Under the pieces are notes generated by a model that was not told the DNA's origin, did no database searches, and saw only the letters and a list, made by a program, of their open reading frames with translations. Source: Polyangiales bacterium (GTDB lineage: Bacteria > Myxococcota_A > Polyangia > Polyangiales > Polyangiaceae). Taken from it: a DNA stretch of 64,000 nt. A program made the position numbers and the translations under genes. This document shows, in pieces, positions 30,343 to 40,127 of the stretch. Numbering within the stretch: position 1 is the first letter of the stretch; every line of letters starts with the position of its first letter. The DNA lies in NCBI GenBank assembly GCA_038231275.1, contig JBBRLQ010000020.1:64001-128000 (forward strand), given 5' to 3'.

Positions 30343-32618
30343 GCAAGAAGAGCCTTCGCGTGTATTTCGTCGACCACGGCGTCGAGAAGAAGTCCGGCAT
30401 GCTCCTCCGCGTGTGGGACAACTTCTTCGACCGCCCGCCGCCCGCCGCGTTCGGCGCGAGCGAAGCCGACATCCTGGAGCAGCTGGAGCAGCAGCTCGCC
30501 GAGCTCGAGGCAGAGACCGCGGGCGAGCTCGAGCGCTACCTGTGGGACGAGACCTTCGCGACGCGCGAGGTGCGCATCGTCGTGCACCCGCGCTCCTCGA
30601 TCAAGAAGCGCGCAGTCATCGGGAAGAAGGAGATCCCGATGACGCTGACGTATGCATACTGCAAGCTCCCGGGCGGAGGCTTCCGCGTGATGGTGCCGCG
30701 CTTCGGCGGGTGGTTCATCCTCGAGGATCTCGCGCTGGCCCCCGAGGTGCTGCGCCACGCGGTGTCGAGCTGGCTGCTCGGCGAGAACCCGCGCTGGGTC
30801 TACGACTTCCGTCACGAAGGCGAGGAGGTCGTTCGCGAGTGGGCGCCGGCGATCTTGAAGCGGACGCCACCGCGCGCGTCCACCGAGGCCGCGGGCGACG
30901 CGATGCCGACGACCGCGCAGGTCGCCGAAGAGCTCGTCGAGCGCGCGGCGAAGGGGAAGCTGCCGATGCCGGTCGGCGCGTCCCCGGAGCTCGCGCGCGC
31001 GACCAGCGATCTCGCGAAGCTGCCGCCGACGTCGATCCTCCTCGTGGGCCCCAGCGGCGTCGGCAAGACGGCGTGGGTGCGCCGCGCCGCGCATCTGTTC
31101 GTGACCTGGCGACGGCAGCCGAACAAGAAGGCGCCGCGCATCTGGGCGACGAGCGCGGACCGGATCATCGCGGGGATGGTCTACCTGGGCCAGTGGCAGG
31201 AGCGGTGCATCGCGCTGGTGCGCGAGCTGTCGCACGAGGGGGACTACCTCTACGTCGATCGCCTGGCGCCCCTCCTGCGGCCGCAGCCCGACGGCTCCAG
31301 CATCGCGGACTTCCTCGAGCCCGCGCTGGCGGCGGGCGAGCTCAGCCTCATTGCAGAGTGCACGGAATCGGAGCTCGAACGCATGCTCCGCGAGCGCCCG
31401 ACGCTGGTGGGTCGCTTCTCGCTCGTGCGCATCGCCGAACCGTCGCAAGAGGCGGTGCTGGAGCTCGTGGGCCTGTACGCGCAGAAGCGCGGCGGGACGG
31501 CGCTGCACGCGTCCAGCCTGAAGCGAATGGTTCGTCACCTCGCGTCGTTTCAGCGGTCGACCGCGTTTCCGGGAAAGGCGATTCGCTTCGTCGACTGGCT
31601 CGCGAAGGAAGGGGCGAACAAGACGCTCTATCCGCGCGACGTCTCCGAGGCCTTCTCGCGCTACTCGGGGCTCCCGCTGGAGCTGATCAGCGACGACTAC
31701 CCTGCCAGCGCCGAGGCCCTCGCCGGAGCGCTCAAGGCGCGCGTCGTCGGGCAGGACGAGGCGTGCGACGCGTGCGGACGAATGCTCGCGCGCTTCAAGG
31801 CGATGATGACCGATCCCGAGCGACCGACCGGGGCGCTGCTCTTCGTCGGCCCCACCGGCGTCGGAAAGACCGAGCTCGCCAAGCAGCTCGCGCGCACGAC
31901 GTTCGGCGACGCGAAGCGGATGATCCGCCTCGACATGAGCGAGTACATGCTGCGCGGCGCGGCGAATCGGCTGCTCGACACCTCCCCGGGCGTGCGGAGC
32001 CTCGCCGCGCAGGTGCACGAGGAGCCGCTCTCGCTCGTGCTGCTGGACGAGATCGAGAAGGCGCACCCCGAGGTGTTCGATCTTCTCCTCGGCGTGCTCG
32101 GCGAGGGGCGCATGACGGACTCGAGCGGGCGCCTCGTCGACTTTCGCGGGACGATCGTGATCATGACCTCGAACCTCGGCGTGACCGATCGCATGCCGGT
32201 CGGCTTCGGGGACGCGCTGCCCGGAGATTTCCTGCGCCACGTCCGCGCGCATTTTCGGCCGGAGCTGTGGAACCGCATCGACCACGTCTTGCCGTTCCGG
32301 CACCTCGCGAAGGAGGACGTCGCGCGCATCGTGGATCTCGAGATCGCGGCGCTCGGCGCGCGGACGGGGCTCGTGCGGCGCGCGGTGCGGCTCGAGGTGA
32401 GCGTCGCCGCGCGGGCATGGCTCGCCGAGCGCGGGTACCACCCGACCCGCGGCGCCCGTCCGCTCAAGCGGCTCATCGAGGAGCGCGTGATGACGCCGCT
32501 GGCCGCGCGCCTCGCCGCCGAGACGGCGCTGAAGGACGGCGTCGCGCGGGTCGTCTGCGAGGGCGAGGGCGAGAGCGGGGCGGCGCGCGGCCCCCTGATC
32601 ACCTTGACGTTGGGCTGA
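30339..32618 (+). CDS. ClpA/B-type double AAA+ ATPase 3 (no C-terminal extension)
   Basis: ATGA overlap; GPSGVGKT; GPTGVGKTE, LLDEIEKAH, GARPLKR. Confidence 0.9.
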   Translation: MSKKSLRVYFVDHGVEKKSGMLLRVWDNFFDRPPPAAFGASEADILEQLEQQLAELEAETAGELERYLWDETFATREVRIVVHPRSSIKKRAVIGKKEIPMTLTYAYCKLPGGGFRVMVPRFGGWFILEDLALAPEVLRHAVSSWLLGENPRWVYDFRHEGEEVVREWAPAILKRTPPRASTEAAGDAMPTTAQVAEELVERAAKGKLPMPVGASPELARATSDLAKLPPTSILLVGPSGVGKTAWVRRAAHLFVTWRRQPNKKAPRIWATSADRIIAGMVYLGQWQERCIALVRELSHEGDYLYVDRLAPLLRPQPDGSSIADFLEPALAAGELSLIAECTESELERMLRERPTLVGRFSLVRIAEPSQEAVLELVGLYAQKRGGTALHASSLKRMVRHLASFQRSTAFPGKAIRFVDWLAKEGANKTLYPRDVSEAFSRYSGLPLELISDDYPASAEALAGALKARVVGQDEACDACGRMLARFKAMMTDPERPTGALLFVGPTGVGKTELAKQLARTTFGDAKRMIRLDMSEYMLRGAANRLLDTSPGVRSLAAQVHEEPLSLVLLDEIEKAHPEVFDLLLGVLGEGRMTDSSGRLVDFRGTIVIMTSNLGVTDRMPVGFGDALPGDFLRHVRAHFRPELWNRIDHVLPFRHLAKEDVARIVDLEIAALGARTGLVRRAVRLEVSVAARAWLAERGYHPTRGARPLKRLIEERVMTPLAARLAAETALKDGVARVVCEGEGESGAARGPLITLTLG

Positions 32619-35600
32619 TGGATCCCCTCGACGACGCGCCCGACGGGCATTGGCTCGGATCTCTGGAACGGCACGATTTGCGGCGATTGCTGGGTGCGCG
32701 ATCGCTCGCCATCGCGCTCGCGAGCCACCTCCGGTACGCGTCCGCGCCGCGGCGCGAAGGGGCGGACGTCGTCGCGGCGGTGACCGACGACGGCGCGGCG
32801 ACCGACGAGACGTTCCAGGTCGCCCTGCGCATCGACGCCGACGGCGCGCTGGTCGGCAAATGCTCGCGGTGCGCGGCGCTGTTCGGCCCATGCGTGCACG
32901 TCGGCGTCGTCGCGGTGGACCTCGCGTGCTCGACGCCGATGCGCGAGGCGCTGCTCGCACGCGAAGGGACGAGCACGATCGCGGACGGAGCGCCGGCGCG
33001 GCGTCGAGGGCTGCACCTCGAGCTCCAGTTCGACGGCGCGCTCGGCGCGTGGGTGGCCCCGGCGGCGCAGCCGATGCCCCTCGAGCTCGCGGCGGGACCT
33101 GCGACGGTCGCCGAGACCGGCCCCGGACGCGCATACGGCGATCGACGCGACGCGCCGGGAGGTCCAACGCTCTCGATCCTCGTCCGCCCGCGCGGCGAGA
33201 AGCGGCTCCTCTCGGGCCGCGAGATCCAAGAGCTCTGCGCGACGGTCGGCAAGCTCCTCCCTCGCGATCGGCGCGTCCTCGAGCACGCGCGGGATCGCGG
33301 CAACAAGAAGGCGGTCTTCGCCGCCGGCGTCGAGGCGTCGTTGGCGCTCGAGGCGATGCGCCTGCACGGCGCGGTGATGACGACCGGGGGAAAGACGGTG
33401 CTTCGCTTCCGCGCGATGCCGGTGAGGCCGGTGCTGCGCCTCGGCCGCGACGCGCCCGATCTTCCACACGGCTTCGACGCCCTCTCGTCGTTCTGGGTCA
33501 CCGCCGACGGCGGCGCGTCGTTTCCGTTCGCGGAGACAACGCTGTTTCCAGGGCCGTTCCCGTACTTGTGGACGCGCGCCGGCGCGATTCACCCCGTGCC
33601 ACCCGACGTCGATCTGGACTTCGCGCGCCAGCTCGCGCGCGCGCCGATCCTGTTCGTGCCGCCCGGCCGCCTCGCCGACGCGGGCACGCAAATCCTCCGA
33701 GCGACGCGCGGGCGCGGGGTGTCGGTGCCATCGCACGAGGTCTTCGGGCTCCCGCCGCTCGAGCCGCCGCGTGTCGTCCTTCGCCTCGAAGGAGAGCCGC
33801 TCGCGGTGGTGGGGACGCTCACCGCGCACTACCGCGGGCGCGCGATCTCGCTCGTCCCTTCGGATCCGTCGGCGCCCGAAGATCGACGGGACCTCGACGC
33901 CGAGGCGCGCGCCGTCGCCCTGGTGGCCCACGTCGCCGACGCCGACGCGAGCGAGGAGCCGGTCTCCGCGCGCGGCGAGCAGGCGATCGCGTTCTGGCGC
34001 GATGGGCTCCCGCACATCCGATCGGCCTACGATCCGCGGATCGAGGTGGAGCTCACGCCGCGCCTCGCGGGCATCCGTGTCGGGGCGCCGCTGACCGGGC
34101 GCGTTCACGTGGTGCTCGAGGGTGACTGGCTCAAGACGCGCCTCGATTTTGCGGCCGGCGATTTGCCGGTGGAGCTCGATCGCGTTCGCACCGCGCTCGC
34201 GAACAAGCAGCGGTGGGTCGAGCTCGACGACGGGACGCTCAGCCGCATCGAGTCGCAGATCGAGTCTCTCGTCGACGAAGCCGGCGCCGTCATGGGCAAG
34301 GCAGCCGAGGCGCTCCTCCCCTTCCACCAGCTCGGGCGGCTCGAGCGATGGATCGACGCGAACGACGGGAGGATCGACGCGGCGACCGCAGCGCTGCGAA
34401 GGCGCCTGCGCGCGCTCTCGGTGGCGCCGGAGCCGCAGCTTCCACGCGGCCTCGAGGGAACCCTGCGGCCGTACCAACTTCACGGCCTGGCGTGGCTTCA
34501 GTTCCTCGAAGAGCTCGGCGCCGGCGGGATCCTGGCCGACGACATGGGGCTCGGAAAGACGATCACGACCCTCGCGTTCCTCCTTCGCCAAAAAGAGGCG
34601 CGCGGCGCGGCGCCGGCCCTCGTCGTGTGCCCCACGTCGGTGGCGACGAATTGGCTTCGCGAGGCCGCGCGCTTCACGCCGTCGCTCTCGCTCCTCCTCT
34701 TCCATGGCCCCTCGCGCGACGCGACCACCCTCGCAAAGGTCGACGTCGCGGTGACGACGTACGCGATCCTCCGCGCGGACATCGACGCGCTCGCGAAGAT
34801 CCCGTTTCGCACGGTGGTCCTGGACGAGGCGCAGAACATCAAGAACCCCGAGAGCGCCACGACGCGGGCGGCGGCGAAGCTCGCAGCGAAGACGCGCCTG
34901 GCGTTGTCGGGCACGCCGATGGAGAACCGCCTGCGCGAGCTCTGGTCGCTCGCGTCGTTCGCGAACCCTGGAATCCTCGGCGCGCCGCGCGCGTTCGAGA
35001 CGCGCTTCGAGCGACCGCTCACCACCGATCGCGCGGCGCCGGTGGCCGCCGAGCTCCGGGCGATCGTGCGTCCGTTCCTGCTGCGTCGAACGAAGGCCGA
35101 CGTCCTCACCGAGCTTCCGCCCAAGACCGAGATCGATCGCGTCGTCACGCTCACCACAGCGGACAAGCGCATGTACGACGCCCTCGCGCACACGCTCCGC
35201 GATGGCCTCACCGAGGACGTGCGCGCGCGCGGGCTGCGGGCGGCGTCTTTGTCCGTCTTCACCGCGCTCACGCGCTTGCGGCAAATGGCGTGCGATCCGC
35301 GGCTCGTGGACCCGAGCCTCGTCGCGGTGGCGAGCGCCAAGCGCGAGGCGTTCCTCGATCTCGTGCGCGAGCTCGTCGCGGAGGGGCGGCGCGCGCTGAT
35401 CTTCTCGCAGTTCGTGCAGCTCCTCACGCTGTGGCGCCGCGATCTCGACGAAGAGCGGATCCCGTACGCGTACCTCGACGGCGCGACGACCAAGCGCGAC
35501 GAGGTGGTCCGCCGCTTCCAGGAAGGGACCGCGCCGCTCTTCCTCATCTCGCTCAAGGCGGGCGGCGTCGGGCTGAACCTCACCGCGGCCGACACGGTCA

Positions 35601-36103
35601 TCCACTGCGATCCGTGGTGGAACCCCGCCGTCGAAGACCAGGCGACCGATCGCGCATACCGCATCGGGCAGGACAAGCCGGTCACCGTGGTCCGCCTCGT
35701 CGCGCGCGGCACGATCGAAGAGAAGATCCTGGCGCTGAAGGCCAAGAAGCGCGACCTCGTCGGCTCCTTCATCGGCGACGACGGAGGCGCCTTGGCCGGC
35801 ATCACAGAGGACGATCTGCGCGCGCTCCTCGGCGACGCGGAGCTCGCCGACGACGACGGCACCGGCGCGCCGGAGGACAAGACCGACGCCCTCGCGACGA
35901 TGACCGAGGTGCTCGACGAGGAGTACTACGCGCTCGTGAAGGAGGCGCGGAGGTGGCTCCTCGAGGTCGGGCGCTTCGAGAGCGCGCTCGCCGAGAAGCT
36001 CGACCTTCCCGAGTCCTTCGCCACCCGCCTGGCGCAAGGGCTCCCGTTTCCATGCTCCCGCGGCCTCGGCGATCGCCTCCGGGCCCGCCTTCGCGTCGCG
36101 TGA
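32618..36103 (+). CDS. SNF2-family helicase-like ATPase with N-terminal SWIM-like Zn finger
   Basis: TGATG overlap; C..C.....CVH; LRPYQ, LADDMGLGKT, LDEAQNIKN, SGTP, GLNLT, QATDRAYRIGQ. Confidence 0.93.
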   Translation: MDPLDDAPDGHWLGSLERHDLRRLLGARSLAIALASHLRYASAPRREGADVVAAVTDDGAATDETFQVALRIDADGALVGKCSRCAALFGPCVHVGVVAVDLACSTPMREALLAREGTSTIADGAPARRRGLHLELQFDGALGAWVAPAAQPMPLELAAGPATVAETGPGRAYGDRRDAPGGPTLSILVRPRGEKRLLSGREIQELCATVGKLLPRDRRVLEHARDRGNKKAVFAAGVEASLALEAMRLHGAVMTTGGKTVLRFRAMPVRPVLRLGRDAPDLPHGFDALSSFWVTADGGASFPFAETTLFPGPFPYLWTRAGAIHPVPPDVDLDFARQLARAPILFVPPGRLADAGTQILRATRGRGVSVPSHEVFGLPPLEPPRVVLRLEGEPLAVVGTLTAHYRGRAISLVPSDPSAPEDRRDLDAEARAVALVAHVADADASEEPVSARGEQAIAFWRDGLPHIRSAYDPRIEVELTPRLAGIRVGAPLTGRVHVVLEGDWLKTRLDFAAGDLPVELDRVRTALANKQRWVELDDGTLSRIESQIESLVDEAGAVMGKAAEALLPFHQLGRLERWIDANDGRIDAATAALRRRLRALSVAPEPQLPRGLEGTLRPYQLHGLAWLQFLEELGAGGILADDMGLGKTITTLAFLLRQKEARGAAPALVVCPTSVATNWLREAARFTPSLSLLLFHGPSRDATTLAKVDVAVTTYAILRADIDALAKIPFRTVVLDEAQNIKNPESATTRAAAKLAAKTRLALSGTPMENRLRELWSLASFANPGILGAPRAFETRFERPLTTDRAAPVAAELRAIVRPFLLRRTKADVLTELPPKTEIDRVVTLTTADKRMYDALAHTLRDGLTEDVRARGLRAASLSVFTALTRLRQMACDPRLVDPSLVAVASAKREAFLDLVRELVAEGRRALIFSQFVQLLTLWRRDLDEERIPYAYLDGATTKRDEVVRRFQEGTAPLFLISLKAGGVGLNLTAADTVIHCDPWWNPAVEDQATDRAYRIGQDKPVTVVRLVARGTIEEKILALKAKKRDLVGSFIGDDGGALAGITEDDLRALLGDAELADDDGTGAPEDKTDALATMTEVLDEEYYALVKEARRWLLEVGRFESALAEKLDLPESFATRLAQGLPFPCSRGLGDRLRARLRVA

Positions 36104-36152
36104 CGCCGCTTGCGAGTGGCCTCCCGGCGGGTTCGGCGCTACGTGTAACCGG

Positions 36153-37364
36153 ATGAAGAGCTCCCTTATCCTGGCCCTCGGTACCGCCGCTGCGTTCACC
36201 CTCACCGTCTCTGCAGGCTGCAGCAGCTCGAGCTCCGGCAACCCCGTCACACAAGGCGACGCCGGCGGGAACGACGGCAACGTGCAAGAGGACACGGGCG
36301 GCGGCGACACGTCGACGGGGGGTGACACGGGCGCCGACGCCGGCGACCTGACGACACCGATCACCGGGCTGACCGACAAGACGTGGACGTGGGTGCCCTT
36401 CGCAGGCGCCATCTGCCGCGACGGCTCGCCCACCGGCATCGCCGTCAACACGAACCCCGGCGCCACGAAGGTGATGCTCTTCCTCGAGGGCGGCGGCGCC
36501 TGCTTCAACGACTTCACGTGCGTCCGCAACCCGGCGACGTTCGGCAGCGCCGAGTTCGACAAGTGGAAGGCGGCGAGCCACCCCGGCCTCATGGACCGCG
36601 CCGACGCCGCGAACCCCGTCAAGGACTGGAACATGGTGTACGTGCCGTACTGCACGGGCGACGTGCACGCCGGCAACAATCCCAACGGCCAATCCAACGA
36701 CGGCGCGCGCCAGCAGTTCGTCGGCTACACGAACATGGCGCGCTACCTCAAGCGAATCGTCCCGACCTTCGCGAGCTCGACGCAAGTGCTCCTGACCGGC
36801 GTCAGCGCCGGCGGCTTCGGCACCCTCGCGAACTACGAGCAGGTCCAAAAGGCGTTCGGCGCCGCACCGGTCGACATGCTCGACGATTCGGGCCCGCCCT
36901 TCGAGGACCCGTTCCTCGGCGCCTGCCTTCCCGACCAGTTCCGCTCGCTCTGGAACCTCGACGGGACCTTCATCCCGCTCTGCGGCGCCGACTGCGCCGG
37001 GGCCGATGGCGGGATCAGCAACTACCTGACGAAGTACATGAAGCACGTCACCACGACCTACCCGAACCGCAAGTTCGGCTTCATGGACTCGCTCAACGAC
37101 GGAACGATCTCGTACTTCTTCGGCTTCGACTCCAACGGCTGCACCGGCCTCACGCAAAAGACCGAGGCGGAGTTCACGGGCGGGCTGAACGACGTGCGCA
37201 CGCAGCTCGCGTCGTCGGCGAACTTCGGGACGTTCTACTTCACCGGCACCGACCACACGACGCTGAGCTCGCCCACGTACGACACGCGCACGGCCGGCAC
37301 GACCAAGCTCAGCGACTGGGTCACCGCCTTCGTCGGCGGCACGGTCAGCCACGCCGGCCCCTAA
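36153..37364 (+). CDS. pectinacetylesterase-family lipoprotein
   Basis: SAGC lipobox; CRDGS, LEGGGAC, VPYCTGDVH, GVSAGG nucleophile motif. Confidence 0.88.
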   Translation: MKSSLILALGTAAAFTLTVSAGCSSSSSGNPVTQGDAGGNDGNVQEDTGGGDTSTGGDTGADAGDLTTPITGLTDKTWTWVPFAGAICRDGSPTGIAVNTNPGATKVMLFLEGGGACFNDFTCVRNPATFGSAEFDKWKAASHPGLMDRADAANPVKDWNMVYVPYCTGDVHAGNNPNGQSNDGARQQFVGYTNMARYLKRIVPTFASSTQVLLTGVSAGGFGTLANYEQVQKAFGAAPVDMLDDSGPPFEDPFLGACLPDQFRSLWNLDGTFIPLCGADCAGADGGISNYLTKYMKHVTTTYPNRKFGFMDSLNDGTISYFFGFDSNGCTGLTQKTEAEFTGGLNDVRTQLASSANFGTFYFTGTDHTTLSSPTYDTRTAGTTKLSDWVTAFVGGTVSHAGP

Positions 37365-37372
37365 CCTTCATT

Positions 37373-40099
37373 TCAGAGCTTGGCGGCGGTGCCGACGCGG
37401 GAGCGCAGCTCGGTCGCGGCGGAGCCGGCACACCAGGAGAGGAGATCGCCGCGCTTGTTGGCGAGGGTGAGGTCGGCGATGCGTCGTGTGTCGGCCTCGC
37501 CGGTCATCTGGGCCATCGCGACGGCGAGATCGCCGCATGCCAGGAGGCCGGCGCGGTGCGCGGTCAGCTCGACTCCGCGAACGTAGGCGGCGAGATCCAT
37601 CCGACCGCCTCGATCTTCGAGGGACGCCACTGCTCTTGCCAGCGCGTCTTTGGCGGCGCCGTCGGGATCGAGGCGCGCGCCGAGACGCTTGGCGCCCTCC
37701 TGGATCGGCTTGGAGGCAGGCATTTTCGGCATCGCGAGCTTCACGGCCGCGAGGACGAGCGCGCTGAGATCGGCGACGCTCGGGTAGAAGACGAGCGCGT
37801 AGTGCTCTGGGCGGTAGTACGTGAGGTGGCGCGCGGCGAGGAACGCGAGCTGCGGAACGGCGAGGCCACTCGTGACTTGGGGGCCTAGCGCGGTCGCCGC
37901 GATCGGGCTCTGCACGGCCGCGACGCCGCCGGGAACGTCCGGGACGACGTACAGGTCGGGCAGCTCGACACCCAAGAGCTGCGCCGCCCACGCGAACGAG
38001 CGCACGACCGACGCGGTGCTCTCCTTCGCCTGCCGCGCGCCCTCGGGGAGCTCGACGAGCCGATTGGCTGCACGGAGCTCGCTCGTGCGCATCGCAATCG
38101 CCGCAGGCAAGATCGCGCGCAGGATGTCGCCGACCTCCGCGTCGACGCCCGGCGCGGCCAGCTTCTTCCACGCAGCGTCATCGAGCGGCGCCGCGGGACG
38201 GAGGCTCCCGCTCGTGGCCTTCACTTGCTCGAGGTAGAGCTCGTGATCGACCTCCGCGGCGCCGAGCTCGGTCAGCGCGACGGCGCTAAGCCACGCGCGA
38301 TCTGCGCGCGACGCGCGGACGTGCAGCTCGAAGAGACGCTTGTAAGTGGCGGCGCGCGTCGGCGCGTGACGCGCGGTCTCCTCGAGCTCGCGCGTGGCGG
38401 CGTCGGCGTCGCCACGCGCGAGGAGGAGCTCTGCGAGCATCGCGCGCGCGTCTCCGTCGGACGGCGCGCACGCCAGCGACGCCCGGTAGGCCTCGATCGC
38501 CCCCGCCTCGTCCTTCAATCGATCGCGCCTCAGCACCGCGAGGCGCTTGCACACCTCGGCGGCCTTCGCCCGCTCACCGCGCACGACGAGACCCTCGGTC
38601 ACGACAAGCAGCTCCTTCGCCAGCGTCTCGTGCTCGTCGCGACGCGTCCGCACGGCGACGAGCGCGAATAGAGCACGCTCATGCGTCGGATCGTCGGCCA
38701 GCGCACGCGCCAGGATCGTGCAGCCGCGCGCGTCGTCGCGGAGGCGTCCCAACGTCACGTCGGCCTGCAAAAACCGCAGCTCCGCGCGCGCCGCCCCTGC
38801 CGCGTGCTCGTGATCCCCCAGCTCGGCGAGCGCTCCGAGCGCGCCCGCGAGCTTCGCCCAGTCTCCGGCCTTTTCGTAGAGGAGGCGCAGCTTCTGAAGA
38901 ACGCCCGCGTCGCGCGGCACCAGCTCGTGCGCGTCCTCGAGGACACGAACGGCGCGCGGGCCGTCGCCCAGCTCTTTCTCCGCGATCCCCGCGAGCTTGA
39001 ACAGCTCGTCGGCGCGTCGCTTCGGATCGGCCATCGTCGCGGCGAACGACGCGCGAAAATCCGCCGCGCGTCGGAAGTCCCTGAGCTCCGTCGACAGCGC
39101 GACGAGCGCCTCGAGCGACCGCGCGTGGCCGGGTGACTCCTTCAGCGCCTTCTCGTAGTTGAGCTCCGCCTCGCGAGATTTTCCCTGCGCGCGCTTCACC
39201 TCGCCGAGGTACGCGTAGATCGACGCCTTCGCCGCGGAGTCCTCGGCCCCTACGACGAGCAGCGCGCGCTTGTACTCCTCGATGGCGCGATCCCACTGGC
39301 CCTTCTCGCGCGCCTCGGCGGCCGCGAGCAGGATCGGATCGAGCGCCGGCAAGACCATCGGGCGCAGCGAGCGGTGCGGCTCCGACGGCGGCGCGCGCAT
39401 CGACGACGGCGGCGCGCGCATCGACGGCGTGGCCGGGGGAATCGGCGCGGCGTCGAGGACGACGTCGGTCGCTCCCTTCAGCAGCGCGAAGGCCGGAACG
39501 CGCGACGCGAACCCGGCGTCCTCGCGGATGCGCTCGTAGACCCGTGACGCGACGACGTCACCGCGATCGGTGCGCAGCTCGGGTCCGTCGAGTAGCGAGA
39601 GGTAGAACCGCGTGAGCGGCCACTCGTCAGCCGCGCCAGCTCCCTCCGGCAGCGCGTGCGCGCCGACCAGCAGGCCTGCGCCGCTGTCACGAACGCCGAG
39701 CGCTCCGGCAGCCGCGTCGACGTGCTCGGCCGCGCGCATGACGTCGTCCGACATGCCGTCGTGGCGAAGATCCATCACGAAGAACGCCTCGCGGGGGCTC
39801 TGGACGGCGATCACGTCCCCGAGAACGCCGAGCGGAACGGTCGCGTCGTCGCTTTTCCCCACTCGAATGCGCAGGACGCCGTCGTCGTCGAGGCGGGTCG
39901 ACGCCGCGAGGTAGACGAGCACCGTGTCGTCTCCTCCGGCCATCCCCGCCGCATCGGCGACCTGGCCGCCGAGCCGCGCGGTCGTCGCGAGGTTGATGAC
40001 GCTCCACCCCGACAGCGCGAGCCGCTCACGCAGCGAAGCGACGGGCGCGGGGATCTCCTCGTCGGGCAGGGTCGGCGCGATGACGAAGGCGACGCGCAT
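37373..40099 (-). CDS. multidomain TPR protein with degenerate caspase-like N-terminus
   Basis: many TPR-like helices (AIEEYKRAL, AELNYEKAL, AIEAYRASL); DTVLVYLAAS and FFVMDLRH. Confidence 0.75.
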   Translation of the reverse strand: MRVAFVIAPTLPDEEIPAPVASLRERLALSGWSVINLATTARLGGQVADAAGMAGGDDTVLVYLAASTRLDDDGVLRIRVGKSDDATVPLGVLGDVIAVQSPREAFFVMDLRHDGMSDDVMRAAEHVDAAAGALGVRDSGAGLLVGAHALPEGAGAADEWPLTRFYLSLLDGPELRTDRGDVVASRVYERIREDAGFASRVPAFALLKGATDVVLDAAPIPPATPSMRAPPSSMRAPPSEPHRSLRPMVLPALDPILLAAAEAREKGQWDRAIEEYKRALLVVGAEDSAAKASIYAYLGEVKRAQGKSREAELNYEKALKESPGHARSLEALVALSTELRDFRRAADFRASFAATMADPKRRADELFKLAGIAEKELGDGPRAVRVLEDAHELVPRDAGVLQKLRLLYEKAGDWAKLAGALGALAELGDHEHAAGAARAELRFLQADVTLGRLRDDARGCTILARALADDPTHERALFALVAVRTRRDEHETLAKELLVVTEGLVVRGERAKAAEVCKRLAVLRRDRLKDEAGAIEAYRASLACAPSDGDARAMLAELLLARGDADAATRELEETARHAPTRAATYKRLFELHVRASRADRAWLSAVALTELGAAEVDHELYLEQVKATSGSLRPAAPLDDAAWKKLAAPGVDAEVGDILRAILPAAIAMRTSELRAANRLVELPEGARQAKESTASVVRSFAWAAQLLGVELPDLYVVPDVPGGVAAVQSPIAATALGPQVTSGLAVPQLAFLAARHLTYYRPEHYALVFYPSVADLSALVLAAVKLAMPKMPASKPIQEGAKRLGARLDPDGAAKDALARAVASLEDRGGRMDLAAYVRGVELTAHRAGLLACGDLAVAMAQMTGEADTRRIADLTLANKRGDLLSWCAGSAATELRSRVGTAAKL

Positions 40100-40127
40100 G
40101 GACAGAGGAGCTTACGACAAAAACCGC

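Noticed and set aside
21429..32617. ORF-track N-terminal extensions of gpsA, the Clp ATPases and SNF2 (starts 21429, 22463, 25996, 29817, 30413)
   Set aside because: The extensions overlap upstream genes and are low-complexity; real starts placed at 22425, 23396, 26932, 30339 and 32618
23396..32618. T6SS ClpV or canonical ClpB assignment
   Set aside because: No T6SS genes nearby, no Clp-N repeats or M-domain, and degenerate NBD1 Walker B
31697..36697. Very long antisense or alternate-frame ORFs (e.g. 1666 aa here; also 23096-26506, 30087-33467, 53914-56523)
   Set aside because: Shadow ORFs of high-GC genes: Arg/Ala-rich, no motifs, fully overlapping well-supported CDSs
39384..39428. 21-bp tandem duplication encoding SMRAPP(S)
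   Set aside because: Ordinary Pro/Ser linker of myxobacterial proteins
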